Shown here: positions 23,878 through 37,149 of the stretch, piece by piece
Layout of the letters: each line of letters starts with the position of its first letter
How positions within the stretch are numbered: position 1 is the first letter of the stretch
Source of the DNA: Squalus acanthias
Lineage: Eukaryota
Length of the DNA stretch: 64,000 nucleotides
Assembly (NCBI GenBank): GCA_030390025.1
Contig: CM059431.1
Span: forward strand, 95,978,001-96,042,000
Direction of reading: 5' to 3'
Notes under the pieces: model-generated
Databases searched by the model: none
Told to the model about the DNA's origin: nothing
Seen by the model: only the letters and a program-made list of their open reading frames with translations
Position numbers and translations under genes: made by a program

Positions 23878-26800
23878 TAACATAGTGGTTATGTTACTGG
23901 ACTAGTAATCCTGAGGCCTGGACTAATGATCCAAGGACATGAGTACAAATCCCACACGGCAGCTGGGGAATTTAAATTTAGTTAATTAAATATATCTGGA
24001 ATAAAAAGCTAGTATCAGTAATGGTAACCATGAAACTACTGGATTGTCGTAAAAAAACCATCTGGTTCACTAATGTCCTTTAGGGAAGGAAATCTGCAGT
24101 CCTTACCTGGTTTGACCTATATGTGACTCCACACCCACAGCAATGTGGTTGACTCTTAACTGCCCTCTGAAATGGCCTAGCAAGCCACTCAGTTTTAACA
24201 AACCGCTACAAGAAACAATAATAAGAATAAAACCGGACAGACCACCAGACATCGACCTCAGCACCAGCTTCAGACATGACAAAGGCACACCCAGCCCAGT
24301 CGACCTTGCAAAGTCCTCCTCACTAAAATCTGGGGACTTATGCCAAAAATTGGGAGAGCTGTCCCACAGACAAGTCAAGCAACAGCCTGACATAGTCATA
24401 CTCACAGAATCATACCTTTCAGCCAAAGTCCCAGACTCCTCCATCACCATCCCTGGGTATGTCATGTCCCACCAGAAGGACAGACCCACCAGAGGTGGCG
24501 GCAGAGTGGTATACAATCGGGAAGGAGTGGTTCTGGGAGTCCTCAACATTGACTCCAGACCCCATGAAGTCTCATGGCATCAGGTCAAACATGGACAACG
24601 AAAAGTCCTGCTGATTACCACCTACCGCCCTCCCTCAGTTGATGAATCAGTACTCCTCCATGTTGAACACCACGTGGAAGAAGCACTGAGGGTAGCAAGA
24701 GCACAGAATGTACTCTGGGTGGGGGATTTCAATGTCCATCACCAAGAGTGGCTCTGTAGCACCACTACTAACTGAGCTGGCCGAGTCCTGAAGGACATAG
24801 CTGCCAGACTGAGCCTGAGGTGGTGAGAGAACAAACACAAGGGAAGAACCTACTTGACCTCATCCTCACCAATCTACCTGTCGCAGATGCATCTGTCCAT
24901 GACAGTATTGTTAGCAGTAATCACCACACAGTCCTTGTGGAGACGAAGTCCCGTCTTCCCACTGAGGACACCCTCCATTGTGTTGAGTGGCACTACAACC
25001 GTACTAAATGGGAAAGATTCAGAACAGAACTAGCAGCTCAAAACTGGGCATCCATGAGGCACTGTGGGCTATCAGCAGCAGCAGAATGGTATTGCACCAC
25101 AATCTGTAAACTCATGACCACTCGGCTCCTGACCTCATTACAGCCTTGGTCCAAACATGGACAAAGGAGCTGAATTCCAGAGGTGAGGTGAGAGTGACTG
25201 CCCTGGACATCAAGGCAGCATTTGACAGAGTGTGGCATCAAGGAGCCCTAGTAAAACTGAAGTCAATGGGAATCAGGAGGGAAAATGCTCTACTGGCTGG
25301 AGTCATACCTAGCCCAAAGGAAGATGGCTGTGGTGGTTGAAGGTCAATCATCCCAGCCCCAGGACATCGCTGCAGGAGTTCCTCAGGGCAGTGTCCTAGG
25401 CCCAACCGTCTTCAGCTGCTTCATCAATGACCTTCCCTCCAACATAAGCTCAGAAATGGGGATGTTCGCTGATGACTGCACAGTATTCAGCGCCATTGAC
25501 AACTCCTCAGATAATGAAGCAGTCCATGCCCGCATGCAACAAGACCTGGATGACGTTCAGGCTTGGGCTGATAAGTGGCAGGTAACATTCGCGCCACACA
25601 AGTGCCAGGCAATGACTATCTCCAACAAGCAAGAGTCTAACCACCTCCCCTTGACATTCAACGGAATTACCATCACCGAATCCCTCCACCATCAACATCC
25701 TGGGGGGTCACCATTGACCAGAAATTTAACTGGACCAGCCACATAAATACTGTGGCAACAAGGGCAGATCAGAGGCTAGGTATTCTGCGGCGAGTGTCTC
25801 ACCTCCTGACTCCCCAAAGCCTTTCCACCATCTACAAGGCACAAGTCAGGAGTGTGACGGAATACTCTCCAGTTGACGGGATGAGTGCAGCTCCAACAAC
25901 ACTCAAGAAGCTCGACACCATCCAGGACAAAGCAGCCCGCTTGATTGGCACCCCATCCACCACCTTAAACATTCACTCCCTCAACCACCAGTGTACCGTG
26001 GCTGCAGTGTGTAACATCTACAAGATGCATTGCAGCAACTCGCCAAGGCTTCTTCGGCAGCACCTCCCAAACCCACGACCTCTTCCACCTAGAAGGATAA
26101 GGGCAGCAGGCGCATGCGAACACCACCACCTAAAAGTTCCCCTCCAAGTCACACACCATCCTGACTTAGAAGTATATCGCCGATCCTTCATCGTCGCTGG
26201 GTCAAAATCCTGGAACTCCCTCCCTAACAGCACTGTCGGAATCCCTTCACCACACAGACTGCAGCGGTTCAAGAAGGTGGCTCACCAGCACCTTCTCAAG
26301 GGCAATTAGGGATGGGCAATAAATGCTGGCCTTGCCAGCGACGCCCACATCCCATATACGAATAAAAAAATATATATAGCCCTCACTCTACCATTATCGA
26401 GCCAGGTGGTCAACCCTGGTTCAATGAGGAGTGTAGTAGAGCATGCCAGGAACACCACCAGGCATACCTAAAAATGAGGTGCCAAGCTGGGGAAGCTGCA
26501 ACACAGGACTACATGCTTGCTAAACAACGGAAGCAGCATGCTAAAGACAGAGCTTACCGATTCCTCAACCAAAGGATCAGATCAAAGCTCTGCAGTTTTG
26601 CCACATCCAGTCATGAATGGTGGTAGTCCATTACACAACTGACGGGAGGAGGTGGCTCCATGAACATCCCCATCCTCAATGATGGCGGAGCCCAGCACGT
26701 AAGTGTAAAAGACAAGGCTGAAGCGTTTGCAACTATCTTCAGCCAGAAGTACTGAGTGGATGATCCATCTCGGCCTCCGCCCGAGGTCCCCTCCATCACA

Positions 26801-28045
26801 GAAGCCAGTCTTCAGCCAATTTGATTCACTCCACGTGATAGCAAGAAACAGCTGAGTGCACTGGATACAGCAAAGGCTCTGGGCCCCAACAACATCCTGG
26901 CCATCATGCTGAAGACTTGTGCTCCAGAACTAGCCGCGCCTCTAACCAAGCTGTTCCAGTACAGGTACAACACTGGCATCTACCCAACAATGTAGAAAAC
27001 TGCCCAGGAATGTCCTGTCCACAAAAAACAGAACAAATCCAATCCGGCCAATTACTGCCCCATCAGTCTACTCTCAATCATCAGCAAAGTGATGAAAGGT
27101 GTCATCGACAGTGCTATCAAGCGGCACTTACTCACCAATAACCTGCTCACTGATGCCCAGTTTGGGTTCCGCCAGGACCACTCAGCTCCAGACCTCATTA
27201 CAGCCTTGGTCCAAACATGGACAAAAAAAAAGAGTTTCAGAGGGGAGGTGAGAGTGTCGGCCCTTGACATCAAGGCAGCATTTGACCAAGTGTGGCATCA
27301 AGGATTGCACAGTGTTCAGTTCCATTCGCAAATCCTCAGATGATGAAGCAGTCCATGCCCGCATGCAGCAAGACCTGAATGACATTCAGGCTTGGGCTGA
27401 TAAGTAGCAGGTAACATTCGCGCCACACAAGTGCCAGGCAATGACTATCTCCAACAAGAGAGCGTCTAACCACCGCCCCTTGACATTCAACGGTATTACC
27501 ATCGCCGAATCCCCCAACAACAACATCCTGGGGGTCACCATTGACCAGAAACTTAACTGGACCAGCCACATAAATACTGTGGCAACAAGAGCAGGTCAGA
27601 GGCTGGGTATTCTGCAACGAGTGTCTCACCTCCTGACTCCACAAAGCCTTTCCACCATCTACAAAGCACAAGTCAGGAGTGTGATGGAATATTCTCCAGT
27701 TGCCTGGATGAGTGCAGCTCCAACAACACTCAAGAAGCACAACACCATCCAGGACAAAGCAGCCCGCTTGATTGGCACCCCATCCACCACCTTAAACATT
27801 CACTCCCTCCACCACCATCGCACCGTGGCTGCAGTGTGTACCATCTACAAGATGCACTGCAGCAACTCACCAAGGCTTCTTCGACAGCACCTCCCAAACC
27901 CACAACCTCTACCGCCTAGAAGGACAAGGACAAAAGGCGCACGGGAACACCACCACCTCCAAGTCACACACCAACCTGGCAGTTAGGGATGGGCAATAAA
28001 TGCTGGCCTTGTCAGTGACGCCCACATCCCAGGAACGAATTAAAA
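23878..28045 (+). mobile_element. Non-LTR retrotransposon family B (APE + RT, tRNA-like 5' head; clade not determined) with a nested copy of the same family at ~25117-26372
   Basis: PDIVILTESYL, TYRPPS, VGDFN, LDIKAAFDRVWH, GVPQGSVLGP, FADD; 3' end GGGCAATAAATGCTGGCCTTG..GACGCCCACATCCC occurs twice. Confidence 0.88.
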
Positions 28046-28049
28046 AAAA

Positions 28050-29075
28050 GGTGAGAGTAAAGAACCCAGGAGGAGCACCAAGGGAGGAGGCTGGAGAAAT
28101 CCAGGGGGTAGAGGAGAGAACTGTGGAGCAGTACTGAGCAAGGAGCAAACCAGTGAGCAGCAATGAGAGTGGAGAGAACCAGGGGGGAAGAGGACAAGGG
28201 AGCAGCTCAGGGAGGAGAGGAAAGAGGACCAGGAGCAGCACTGAGCAAGGAGAGGGGAGAGAACCCAGAGCAATACTGGGATGAGAACCGGGGGGTGGAG
28301 AGGTAGGAAAATGGAGGAAGGAAATAGGGAGCAGCACTGAGGGAGGAGAGAGGAGCGAACCATGGGGTAGAGAGGAGAGAACATGGGAGCAGCACTGAGG
28401 GAGGAGTGGGGGGAGAACCAGTGGGAGGAGAGTGCAGATAACCAGGGTGAAAGGAGGGAACCGGGGAACAGCACAGAGAGGAGAGGGGAGAGAACGAGGA
28501 ACAGTACTGCGAGGGGAGAAAACCACTGGTGGGGGGAGAGAACCAGTGCGAGGAGAGGAGAGAGAACCAGGAGCATTACTGAGGGAGGGGAGGGGAGAGA
28601 TCCCGGAGTAGCACTGAGGGAGGAAAGGGGAGAGATCCCGGAGTAGCACTGAGAGGAGAGGGAAGAGAAAGGAGAGAACCTGGGGGCAGTACTGAGGGAG
28701 GAGAGTGGACAGAAACAGGGGAGAGAGGAGAGAACAGGGGAGCAGCACTGAGAGAGGTGAGGGGAGAAACCGAGAAGCAGTACGGAGAGAAGAGGGGAGA
28801 GATGCAGGGTGGCGGGGCGGTGGATGAAGAAAGGAACAAACCGTGGCGTAGTACTGAGGGAGAAGAGCGAAGGAACCAGGGGGGAGTGGGGAGAGAAACT
28901 GGGAGCAGTACTGACAGAGGGGAAATACAGCGAGCAGCAATGAGAAAGGAGGGCATAAAACCAGGTGCAGCACTTAGAGAGGAGAGGGGAGAGAACCGGG
29001 GGGAGCAAGAAGAGAACCAGGGAGCAGTACTGAGAGAGGAGAGGGGAGGAAAGAGCAGAGAACCAGGGAGCAGTT
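28050..29075 (+). repeat. Purine-rich degenerate minisatellite, right part
   Basis: Many GGAGAGAACC..GGAGCAG(C/T)ACTGAGGGAG units. Confidence 0.9.
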
Positions 29076-29119
29076 AAATGAAGGTAGCTGATAAAAATCT
29101 ATCACTGGTGAAATCAAAG

Positions 29120-31150
29120 GGCTAGAAATTCATTATAGCCAAGGAATGGGCGGTGTTGGGACAAAAGATGATGAATTAGCACCAGGCGAAAATGTTCTAG
29201 ACTGTACGCAAAATTCGTCCTCACTGCGCAATAAAATGATTGGGGGGAAAAATTCAGTTGGTTGCGCCTCCCGTTAGCACCTTAAGAGGGCGCTAATGGG
29301 GCGCAAAGCATCTGGCGCCCAGACGCGGCGAAGTGTGCGCCGCTCGCGAAATTAACTAGACATTTTGCGGCGGCGCTAAACACTACTGCCACGATCTCCT
29401 GCGCCGGCAGATCGTGACGTCAGTCGAGTGCGCAACGCCCCGGTATTGCCCCGGAGCGGATATTGAGTGGCGCCCCCTGCCTTACCGCCTGACGCTAGCA
29501 ACGACAGGTTGAGGGGAGCGTTCTGCAGTCATGAAGGGAAAGGGGGAGCGCTATTTAAAGGTGACCGCTTCCTGCCTTTTATTGTTGGTGCCATTTTTGA
29601 ACTACGCATTCTGAGAGAGAGAGAGAGAGAGACTTCTGGAGAGATTCAACATTGTGTGAAGGAGTTTTGGGTACTGAGCAGCACTTTGCAGGTTCATTTT
29701 GATTTGCCATTCCTTGTATCGATTTAGAAGAGACTGTGGGGGCTGCACTCTGAGCTCTTTGCCTGGTACTCTCCATTGTTCTTTCCAGCAGATTTGATAT
29801 GCTGGTCTCTCCAGGCCGAGATTCAAGGCTACAATGAGCAGGATGTGGATGGAAAGTGAGATTAACCATCCCCTTTAAGAACTGGCCCGTGCCATTGTGT
29901 GTGTGTTCCATTGCTGACTGACATTACATGAGCTTCGCCAGCGCTCTGAGGTAGCGCCTCGCTCCTCGGCCTTTGCGCCTTAAGACAGGTGTGAAGCGCC
30001 TGATTTAGCACTCCAATCACCTCCAGGGGCGATAAAAGTCAAGTTTGCAGTCGGTGGCGATAATTAGCGGCAGGCGCTAATCTTTGCGCCCGGCCGATAA
30101 TTGCGCCCCAAATGGGGCGATACTGAATTTCTACCCCTTGGAGTCTTAAATCAAGTCTAAAAACCCAAGCTCACTGGTGTTACACTTAAAGGCTGGTCCA
30201 ATATTGGGTGCAGTCTAATCACATCTCATGACTGCCACAGGCTTTTTTCACTACTTAAAGGGGAGGTTCATTGATGCTGCGGCACCTCATTCTCAGCATT
30301 GCTGGCTGTGCAGCTGCCTCAACAACCATAGGAAGAAGGACAAGGAGAAAGAGCACTTATTTACAAATCCTCATGGCAGCTTGCCACCCCAGGGAGAGCC
30401 CACAGGTTTCCCATGAAGCTTTGGAGGCATTGTTTTCAGCACTGGAGAGAAGGTGGGCAGTCCTGTACCCATCAACTGACAGGAGGCCCTCGCCACAAGT
30501 CTGCCGCACTATGTGGAGGGAGGTGGCACACCACATCACGGAACGCCCATCCGGAAGCCCATTTGTCTGGCTGCCACCTACCTCCCTCCTCTTCCTCATT
30601 GTCCTCGTCATTCTCCCTCTGCACATATGTTCCCATCTTTCTCGCTGCCTATGCTACCTCAACCATAGATCCTGGAGGGTGAGGTGGCATGCCAGTACAG
30701 CCCCCATTAATCTTACCAAGTGTTGCAATTGAATCTTTGAAGAATAAATGTAGCTACTTTGTACTCGCCACAAGACTCCTGATACAAAAGAACCTTGAAA
30801 TTACGCAATGAAACTGCTGCAGTAGCTGAAACTAACAAAAAGCCACTGAAACTGCACTAACCTGACAGGTGCGAGTGATTATTGATGATCCCTTTAAATA
30901 ACGTCCCTAAAGCCGGCTTCCTGGTGCTACACGCCAGCTCCCCATGTCGATATTTACTCCAGGTGCTGAGGTAAGTGGCTAAAAGCAATTTGGGAAATCG
31001 GGCGTTCAGTGAGCATAACACACTCACTGACATCCCGATCTCCCTGGCGCTGAGGTCCCCAGTAATAGCTATTACCAGCAGCGCTATGGGGGGACCTGAT
31101 TTGGCGTGCGGCGCTGGAATCACCTCGCCATGTCGGTACTGCTCTCAATT
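29120..31150. mobile_element. Degraded Harbinger element with Myb/SANT remnant (~30372-30540, +)
   Basis: Left TIR-like GGGCTAGAAATTCA; translation EALEALFSALERRWAVLYPSTDRRPSPQVCRTMWREVA. Confidence 0.65.
29243..30137 (-). mobile_element. Harbinger-derived MITE, copy 1 (895 bp)
   Basis: 16-bp TIRs GGGGGAAAAATTCAGT / ACTGAATTTCTACCCC; TSD TTG at 29240-29242 and 30138-30140; near-identical inverted copy at 39635. Confidence 0.92.
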
Positions 31151-31154
31151 CCGC

Positions 31155-34100
31155 ATTGGGGAAGTCCTGCTACAACTGTACAAGGTATTGGTGAGCCCAC
31201 ACCTTGAGTACTGTGTACAGTTTTGGTCTCCTTATTTAAGGAAGGATATATTTCATTGGAGGCAGTTCAGAGACGATTCACTAGGTTAATTCCAGAGATG
31301 AGAGGTTTGACTTATGAGGAAAGGTTTCTCTCTACCACCCTTTTTGAATAGTGGGGTAACATTAGCTACCCTCCAATCCATGGGTACAGTTCCAGATTCC
31401 ATCGAATGTTGGAAGATGATCAGCAATGCATCTACTATTTCTAGGGCCACTTCCTTAAGTACCCTAGGATGTAGATTATCAGGCCCTGGGGATTTATCGG
31501 CCTTCAATCCCGTCAATTTCCCGAACACCATTTCCCTGCAAATACTGATTTCTTTCAGTTCCTCCCTTTCATCAGACCCTATGTTCTCCAACATCTCTGG
31601 GAGGTTATTTGTGTCCTCCTTTGTGAAGACAGAACCAAAATATGTATTTAATTGGTCTGCCATTTCTTTGTTCCCCATTATAACTTCCCCCGCTTCTGAC
31701 TGCAAGGGACCTACACTTGATTTCACTAATTTTTTTCTCTTCACATTTCTATAAAAGCTCTTACAGTCAGTTTTTATGTTCCCTGCAAGCTTACTTTCAT
31801 ATTCTATTTTCCCCTTCTTAATTAATCCCTTTGTCCTCCTTTGTTGTAGCCTAAACTGTTCCCAATCCTCAGGGTTACCGCTTTTTCTGGCCAATTTTAT
31901 GCCCTCTCCTTGGATCTTATGCTATCCCTAATTTCCCTTGTTAGCCATGGTTGAGTCACCCTTTTTGTTTTATTCTTATGCCACACTGGGATGAACAACT
32001 TCTGTAGTTTATCCATGAAGTCTTTGAATGTTTGCCATTGCCTATCCACCGTCAACCATTTGAGTGACATTCCCCAATCAATCCTACCCAATTCGCGCCT
32101 CATACCATTGTAGTTTCCTTTATTTAAATTCAGGACCCTAGTCTCTGATTCAACTACTTCACTCTCCATCCTAATGAAGAATTCTATCATATTATGATCA
32201 CTCTGACCCAAGGGGCCTCATACAACAAGATTGCTAATTAATCCTTTCTCGTTACATAATACCCAGTCTAAGATGGCCTGATCTCTGGTTGGTTCCTTGA
32301 CATATTGTTCCAGAAAACCATCCCGTAAACATTCTAGGAATTCCTCCTCCACAGTATTTTTTACTAATTTGGTTAGCCCAATCTATATGTAAATTAAAGT
32401 CACCCATGATGACTGCTGTGCCCTTACTGCATGCTTCTCTAATTTCCCTTTTTAATGCCGTCCCCAAACTCCGTATTACTGTTTGGAGGTCTATATACCG
32501 CTCCCACTAACGTATTCTGCCCCTTGTTATTTCTCAGTTCTACCCATACAGATTCCGCATCATCAGAGCTAATATCCTTCCTTTCAATTGTGTTAATCCC
32601 CTCTTTAACCAGCAATGCTACCCCACCTCCCTTTCTTTTTTGCCTATCTTTCCTAAATATTGAATACCCCTGTATGTTGAGTTCCCAGCCTTGGCCACCC
32701 TGGAGCCATGTTTCTGTAATCCCAATCAAATCGTATTCATTTACCTCTATTTGCGCTGCTAATTCATCCACCTTGTTCAGAATGCTCCTTGCATTAAGAC
32801 ACAAAGCCTTCAGGCTTGTTTTTTTAACGCTCTCAGACCTATATGAATTATTATTTACTGTGACCATGTTTGATTTAAACCGTTGAGTTCTTTGCCTTCT
32901 ACTTTTGTTTTTCTCCTTCCTGTCTTTTGCTTTTATCCTTCTTTTCCTTTCCTCTGTCTCCCTGCTCAGGTTCCCAACCCCCTGCCACTTTAGTTTAAAC
33001 CCTCCCCAACAGCACTAGCAAACACTCCCCCTAGGACATCGGTTCCGGCCCTGCCCAGGTGCAAACCGTCCCGTTTGTACTGGTCCTACCTCCCCCAGAA
33101 CCGGTTCCAATGTCCAGGGAATTTGAATCCCTCCCCCTTGTACCATTCTTCCAGCCACGTATTCATTTGAAATATCCTCCTATTTCTACTCTGACTAGCA
33201 CGTGGCACTGGTAACAATCCTGAGATTACTACCTTTGAGGTCCTATTTTTTAATTTACCTCCTAACTCCCTATATTCTGCTTTAAGGACCTCCTCCCATT
33301 TTTTACCTATATCGTTGATGCCTATGTGCACCACAACAACTGGCTGTTCGCCCTCCCCCTCCAAAATGTTCTGTAGCCGCTCCGAGACGTCCTTGACCCT
33401 TGCACCAGGGAGGCAACACACCATCCTGGAGTCTCATTTGCGGCCGCAGAAACGCCTATCTATTCCCCTTACAATTGAATCCTGTATCACTATAGCTCTT
33501 CCACACTTTTGCCTCCCAGCCTGTGCAGCAGAGCCACCCATGGTTCCAGGAAGTTGGCTGCTGCTGCCTTCCCCTGATAAGTCATCCCCCCCAACAGTAT
33601 CCAAAGTGGTATATCTGTTTGAGAGGGGGATGGCCACAGGGGACCCCTGCACTACCTGCCTGTACCTCTTACTCTGCCTGGTGGTCACCCATTCACTTCC
33701 TGCCTGTACACCCTTTACCTGCGGTGTGACCAACTCGCTAAACGTGCTATCCACGACATTCTCAGCGTCGCGAATGCTCCAATATGCATCCATCCATTGC
33801 ATCCATTGGAATTTAGAAGAATGAGAGGTGATCTTATCGAAACATATAAGATACTGAGGGGGCTCGAAAGGGTAGATGCAGAGAGGATGTTTCCCCTCGT
33901 GGAGAAATCTAGAACTCGGGGGCATAGTTTCAGAATAAAGGGTCACCCTTTTAGAACTGAGATGAGGAGGAACTTCTTCTCTCACAGGGTCGTAAATTTG
34001 TGGAATTCTCTGCCCCAGAGAGCTGTGGAGGCTGGGTCATTAAATACATTCAAGGTGGAGATAGACAAATTTTTGCAAGATAAGGGAGTGAAGGGTTATG

Positions 34101-34217
34101 GGGAGTGGGCTGGGAAGTGGCTTTGAGCCCAAGATCAGCCATGATCTTATTGAATGGCGGAGCAGGCTTGAGGGGCCAAGTGGCCTATTCCTGCTCCTAT
34201 TTCTTATGTTCTTATTT
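31155..34217. mobile_element. Rearranged CR1: (+) 31155-31325, (-) ORF1 to mid-ORF2 31326-33795, (+) 3' end 33797-34217
   Basis: Minus-strand ORFs 33434, 33086, 32439, 31897 and 31286 match CR1-B ORF1/ORF2; the plus-strand flanks encode the RT C-terminus and 3' tail. Confidence 0.88.
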
Positions 34218-34394
34218 CCCCCGAAGAGTTTAAAAGTAATCATTTTAATGCTGAAAATATTTGGCCCACGAGACCTGTACCCACAGTTGGTATGGAGGTG
34301 AGGTGGGAGCTTGTATTTGGGAGGACTGAGCACAATTACAAATTTGCTGTCTACAGTTCTGGCTGAAATGTTTAAAGTAATTGTGTTTGAGTCC

Positions 34395-37092
34395 CTTTTT
34401 TTATTCATTCATGGGACATGGGTGTCGCTGGCAAGACCAGCATTTATTACCCATTCCTAATTGCTCTCGAGAAGGTGGTGGTGGGTCGCCTTCTTGAACT
34501 ATTGTAGGTAGGGAGTTCTAGGATTTTGATCCAGCGAATATGAAGAACGGCGATATATTTCCAAGTCAGAATGGTGTGTGACTTGCAGGTGGTGGTGTTC
34601 CCATGCGTCTGCTGCCCTTGTCCTTCTAGGTGGTAGAGATTGTGGATTTGCAAGGTGCTGTCAAAGAAGCCTTGGCGAGTTGCTGCAGTGCATCTTGTTA
34701 ATGGTACACACTGCAGCCACAGTGCACCTGTGCCAGAGGGAGTGAATGTTTAAGGTGGTGGATGGGGTACCAATCAATCTTTGTCCTGGATGGTGTTGAG
34801 CTTCTTGAGTCTTGTTGGAGCTGCACTCATCCAAGCAATTGGAGAGTATTCCATCACACCCCTGACTTGTGCCTTGTAAATAGTGGAAAGGCTTTCGGGA
34901 GTCAGGAGATGAATCACTTGCCGCAGAATACCCAGCCTCTGACCTGCTCTTGTAGCCACAGTATTTATGTGGCTGGTCCAGTTAAGTTTCTGGTCAATGG
35001 TGACCACCAAGTTGATGGTGGAGGATTCAGCAATTGTAATGCCGTTGAATATCAAGGGGAGGTGGTTAGACTCTCTCGAGAGATAGTCATTGCCTGGCAC
35101 TTGTGTGGCGCGACTGTTACCTGCCACTTATCAACCCAAGCCTGAATGTCGTCCAGGTCATTCTGCACGCGGGCACAGACTGCACATTATCTGAGGAGTT
35201 GTGAATGGCACTGAACACTGTGCAATTATCCGCGAACATCCCCATTTCTGACCTTATGATGGAGGGAAGGTCATTGATGAACCAGCTGAAGATGGTCAGG
35301 CCTAGGACAGTGCCCTGAGGAACTCCTGCTGCGATGTCCTGGGGCTGAGATGATTGGCCTCCAACAACCACAACCACCTTCCGTTGTACTTGGTATGACT
35401 CCAGAATTTTCCCCCTGATTCGCATTGACTTCAACTTTACTCAGGCTCCTTGATGCCACACTCTGTCAAATGCTGCCTTGATGTAAAGGGCAGTCACTCT
35501 CACCTCACCTCTGGAATTCAGTTCTTTTTTCCATGTTTGGACCAAGGTTGTAATGAGGTCTGGAGCTAAGTGGCCCTGGCGGAACCCAAACTGAGCATCA
35601 GCAAGCAGGTTATTGGTTGAGTAATTGCTGCTTGATAGCACTGTCGATGACACCTTCCATCACTTTGCTGATGAATCAGAGTAGACTAATGGGGCGGTAA
35701 TTTGCCGGATTGGATTTGTCCTGCTTTTTGTAGACAGGACATACCTGGGCAATTTTCCACTTTGTCAGGTAGATGACAGTGTTGTAGTTGTACTGGAACA
35801 GCTTGGATAGAGGTGCGGCTAGTTCTGGAGCACAGGTCTTCAGCACAACAGCCGGGATGTTGTTGGGGCCCATAGACTTTGCTGTATCCAGTGCGCTCAG
35901 CCGTTTCTTGATATCACGTGGAGTGAACCGAATTGGTTGAAGACTGGTGTCTGTGATGTTGGGGACCTCAGGAGAAGGCCGAGAAGGATCATCCGCTTGG
36001 CACCTCTGGCTGAAGATAGTTGCCAACGCTTCCGCCTTGTCTTTTGCACTCACGTGCTGGCCTCTACCATCAGCGAGGATGGGGATGTTCATGGAGCTTC
36101 CTCCTCCTTCCGTTAGTTGTTTAATTGTCCACCACCATTCAGGACAGCAGAGCTTTGATCTGATTTGTTGGTTGTGGGATCGCTTAGCTGTCTATAGCAT
36201 GCTGCTTCCACTGTCTACTATGCATGCAGTCCTATGTTGTAGCTTCACCAGGTTGGCACCTCATTTTTAGGTACGCCTGGTGCTGCTCCTAGCATGATCT
36301 TCTGCACTCCTCATTGAACCAGGGTTGTTTTCCTGGCTTGATGGTATTGGTAGAGTGAGGGATATGCAGGGCCAGGAGGTTACAGGTTGTGGTGAAATAA
36401 AATTCTGCTGCTGCTGATGGCCGACAGCGCCTCATGGATGCCCAGTTTTAAGCTGCTAGATGTATCCCATTTAGCCTAATATTTGTCAAATCAAGCAACA
36501 GCCTGACATAGTCGTACTCACAGAATCATACCTTTCAGCCAATGCCCAGACTTTTCTATCACCATCCCTGGGTACGTCCTGTCCTACCAGCAAGACAGAC
36601 ACATCAGAGGTGGCGACACAGTGGTATACAGTCAGGAGGGAGTGGCCCTGGGAGTTCTCAACATTGACTCCGGACCCCATGAAGTCTCATGGTATCAGGT
36701 CAAACATGGGCAAGGAAACCTCCAACTGATTACCACCTACCACCCTCCCTTAGCTGACGAATCAGTACTCCTCCATGTTAAACAACACTTGGAAGAAGCA
36801 CAACACGATGGAGGGTGTCCTCAGTGGGACTGTGCGGTGGTCACTGCTACCAATGCTGTCATGGACAGATGGCTCTGCGACAGGTAGCTTGGTGAGGACG
36901 AGGTCAAATAGGTTTTTCCCTCGTGTTGGTTTTCTCACCACCTGCCGCAGGCCCAGTCTGGCAGCTGTGTCCTTCAGGACTTAGCCATCTCAGTCAGCAG
37001 TGGTGCTGCAGAGCCACTCTTGGTGATGGACATTGAAGTCCCCCACCCAGAGTACATTCTGTGCCCTTGCTACCCTCAGTGCTTCTTCCAGT
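34395..37092 (-). mobile_element. LINE family B copy with an internal inverted segment (36486-36800, +)
   Basis: Minus-strand ORFs (NYRPISLL, KAAFDRVWHQG, GVPQGTVLG); plus-strand QQPDIVVLTESYL segment. Confidence 0.88.
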
Positions 37093-37149
37093 TGAGCAAT
37101 AGGCCAATGTCCATACCTCTGAGTTTAAACTGAGATGGCACCAGGAAGG

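Noticed and set aside
27909..29077. 300+ aa ORFs on the minus strand
   Set aside because: Translations of the purine-rich minisatellite.
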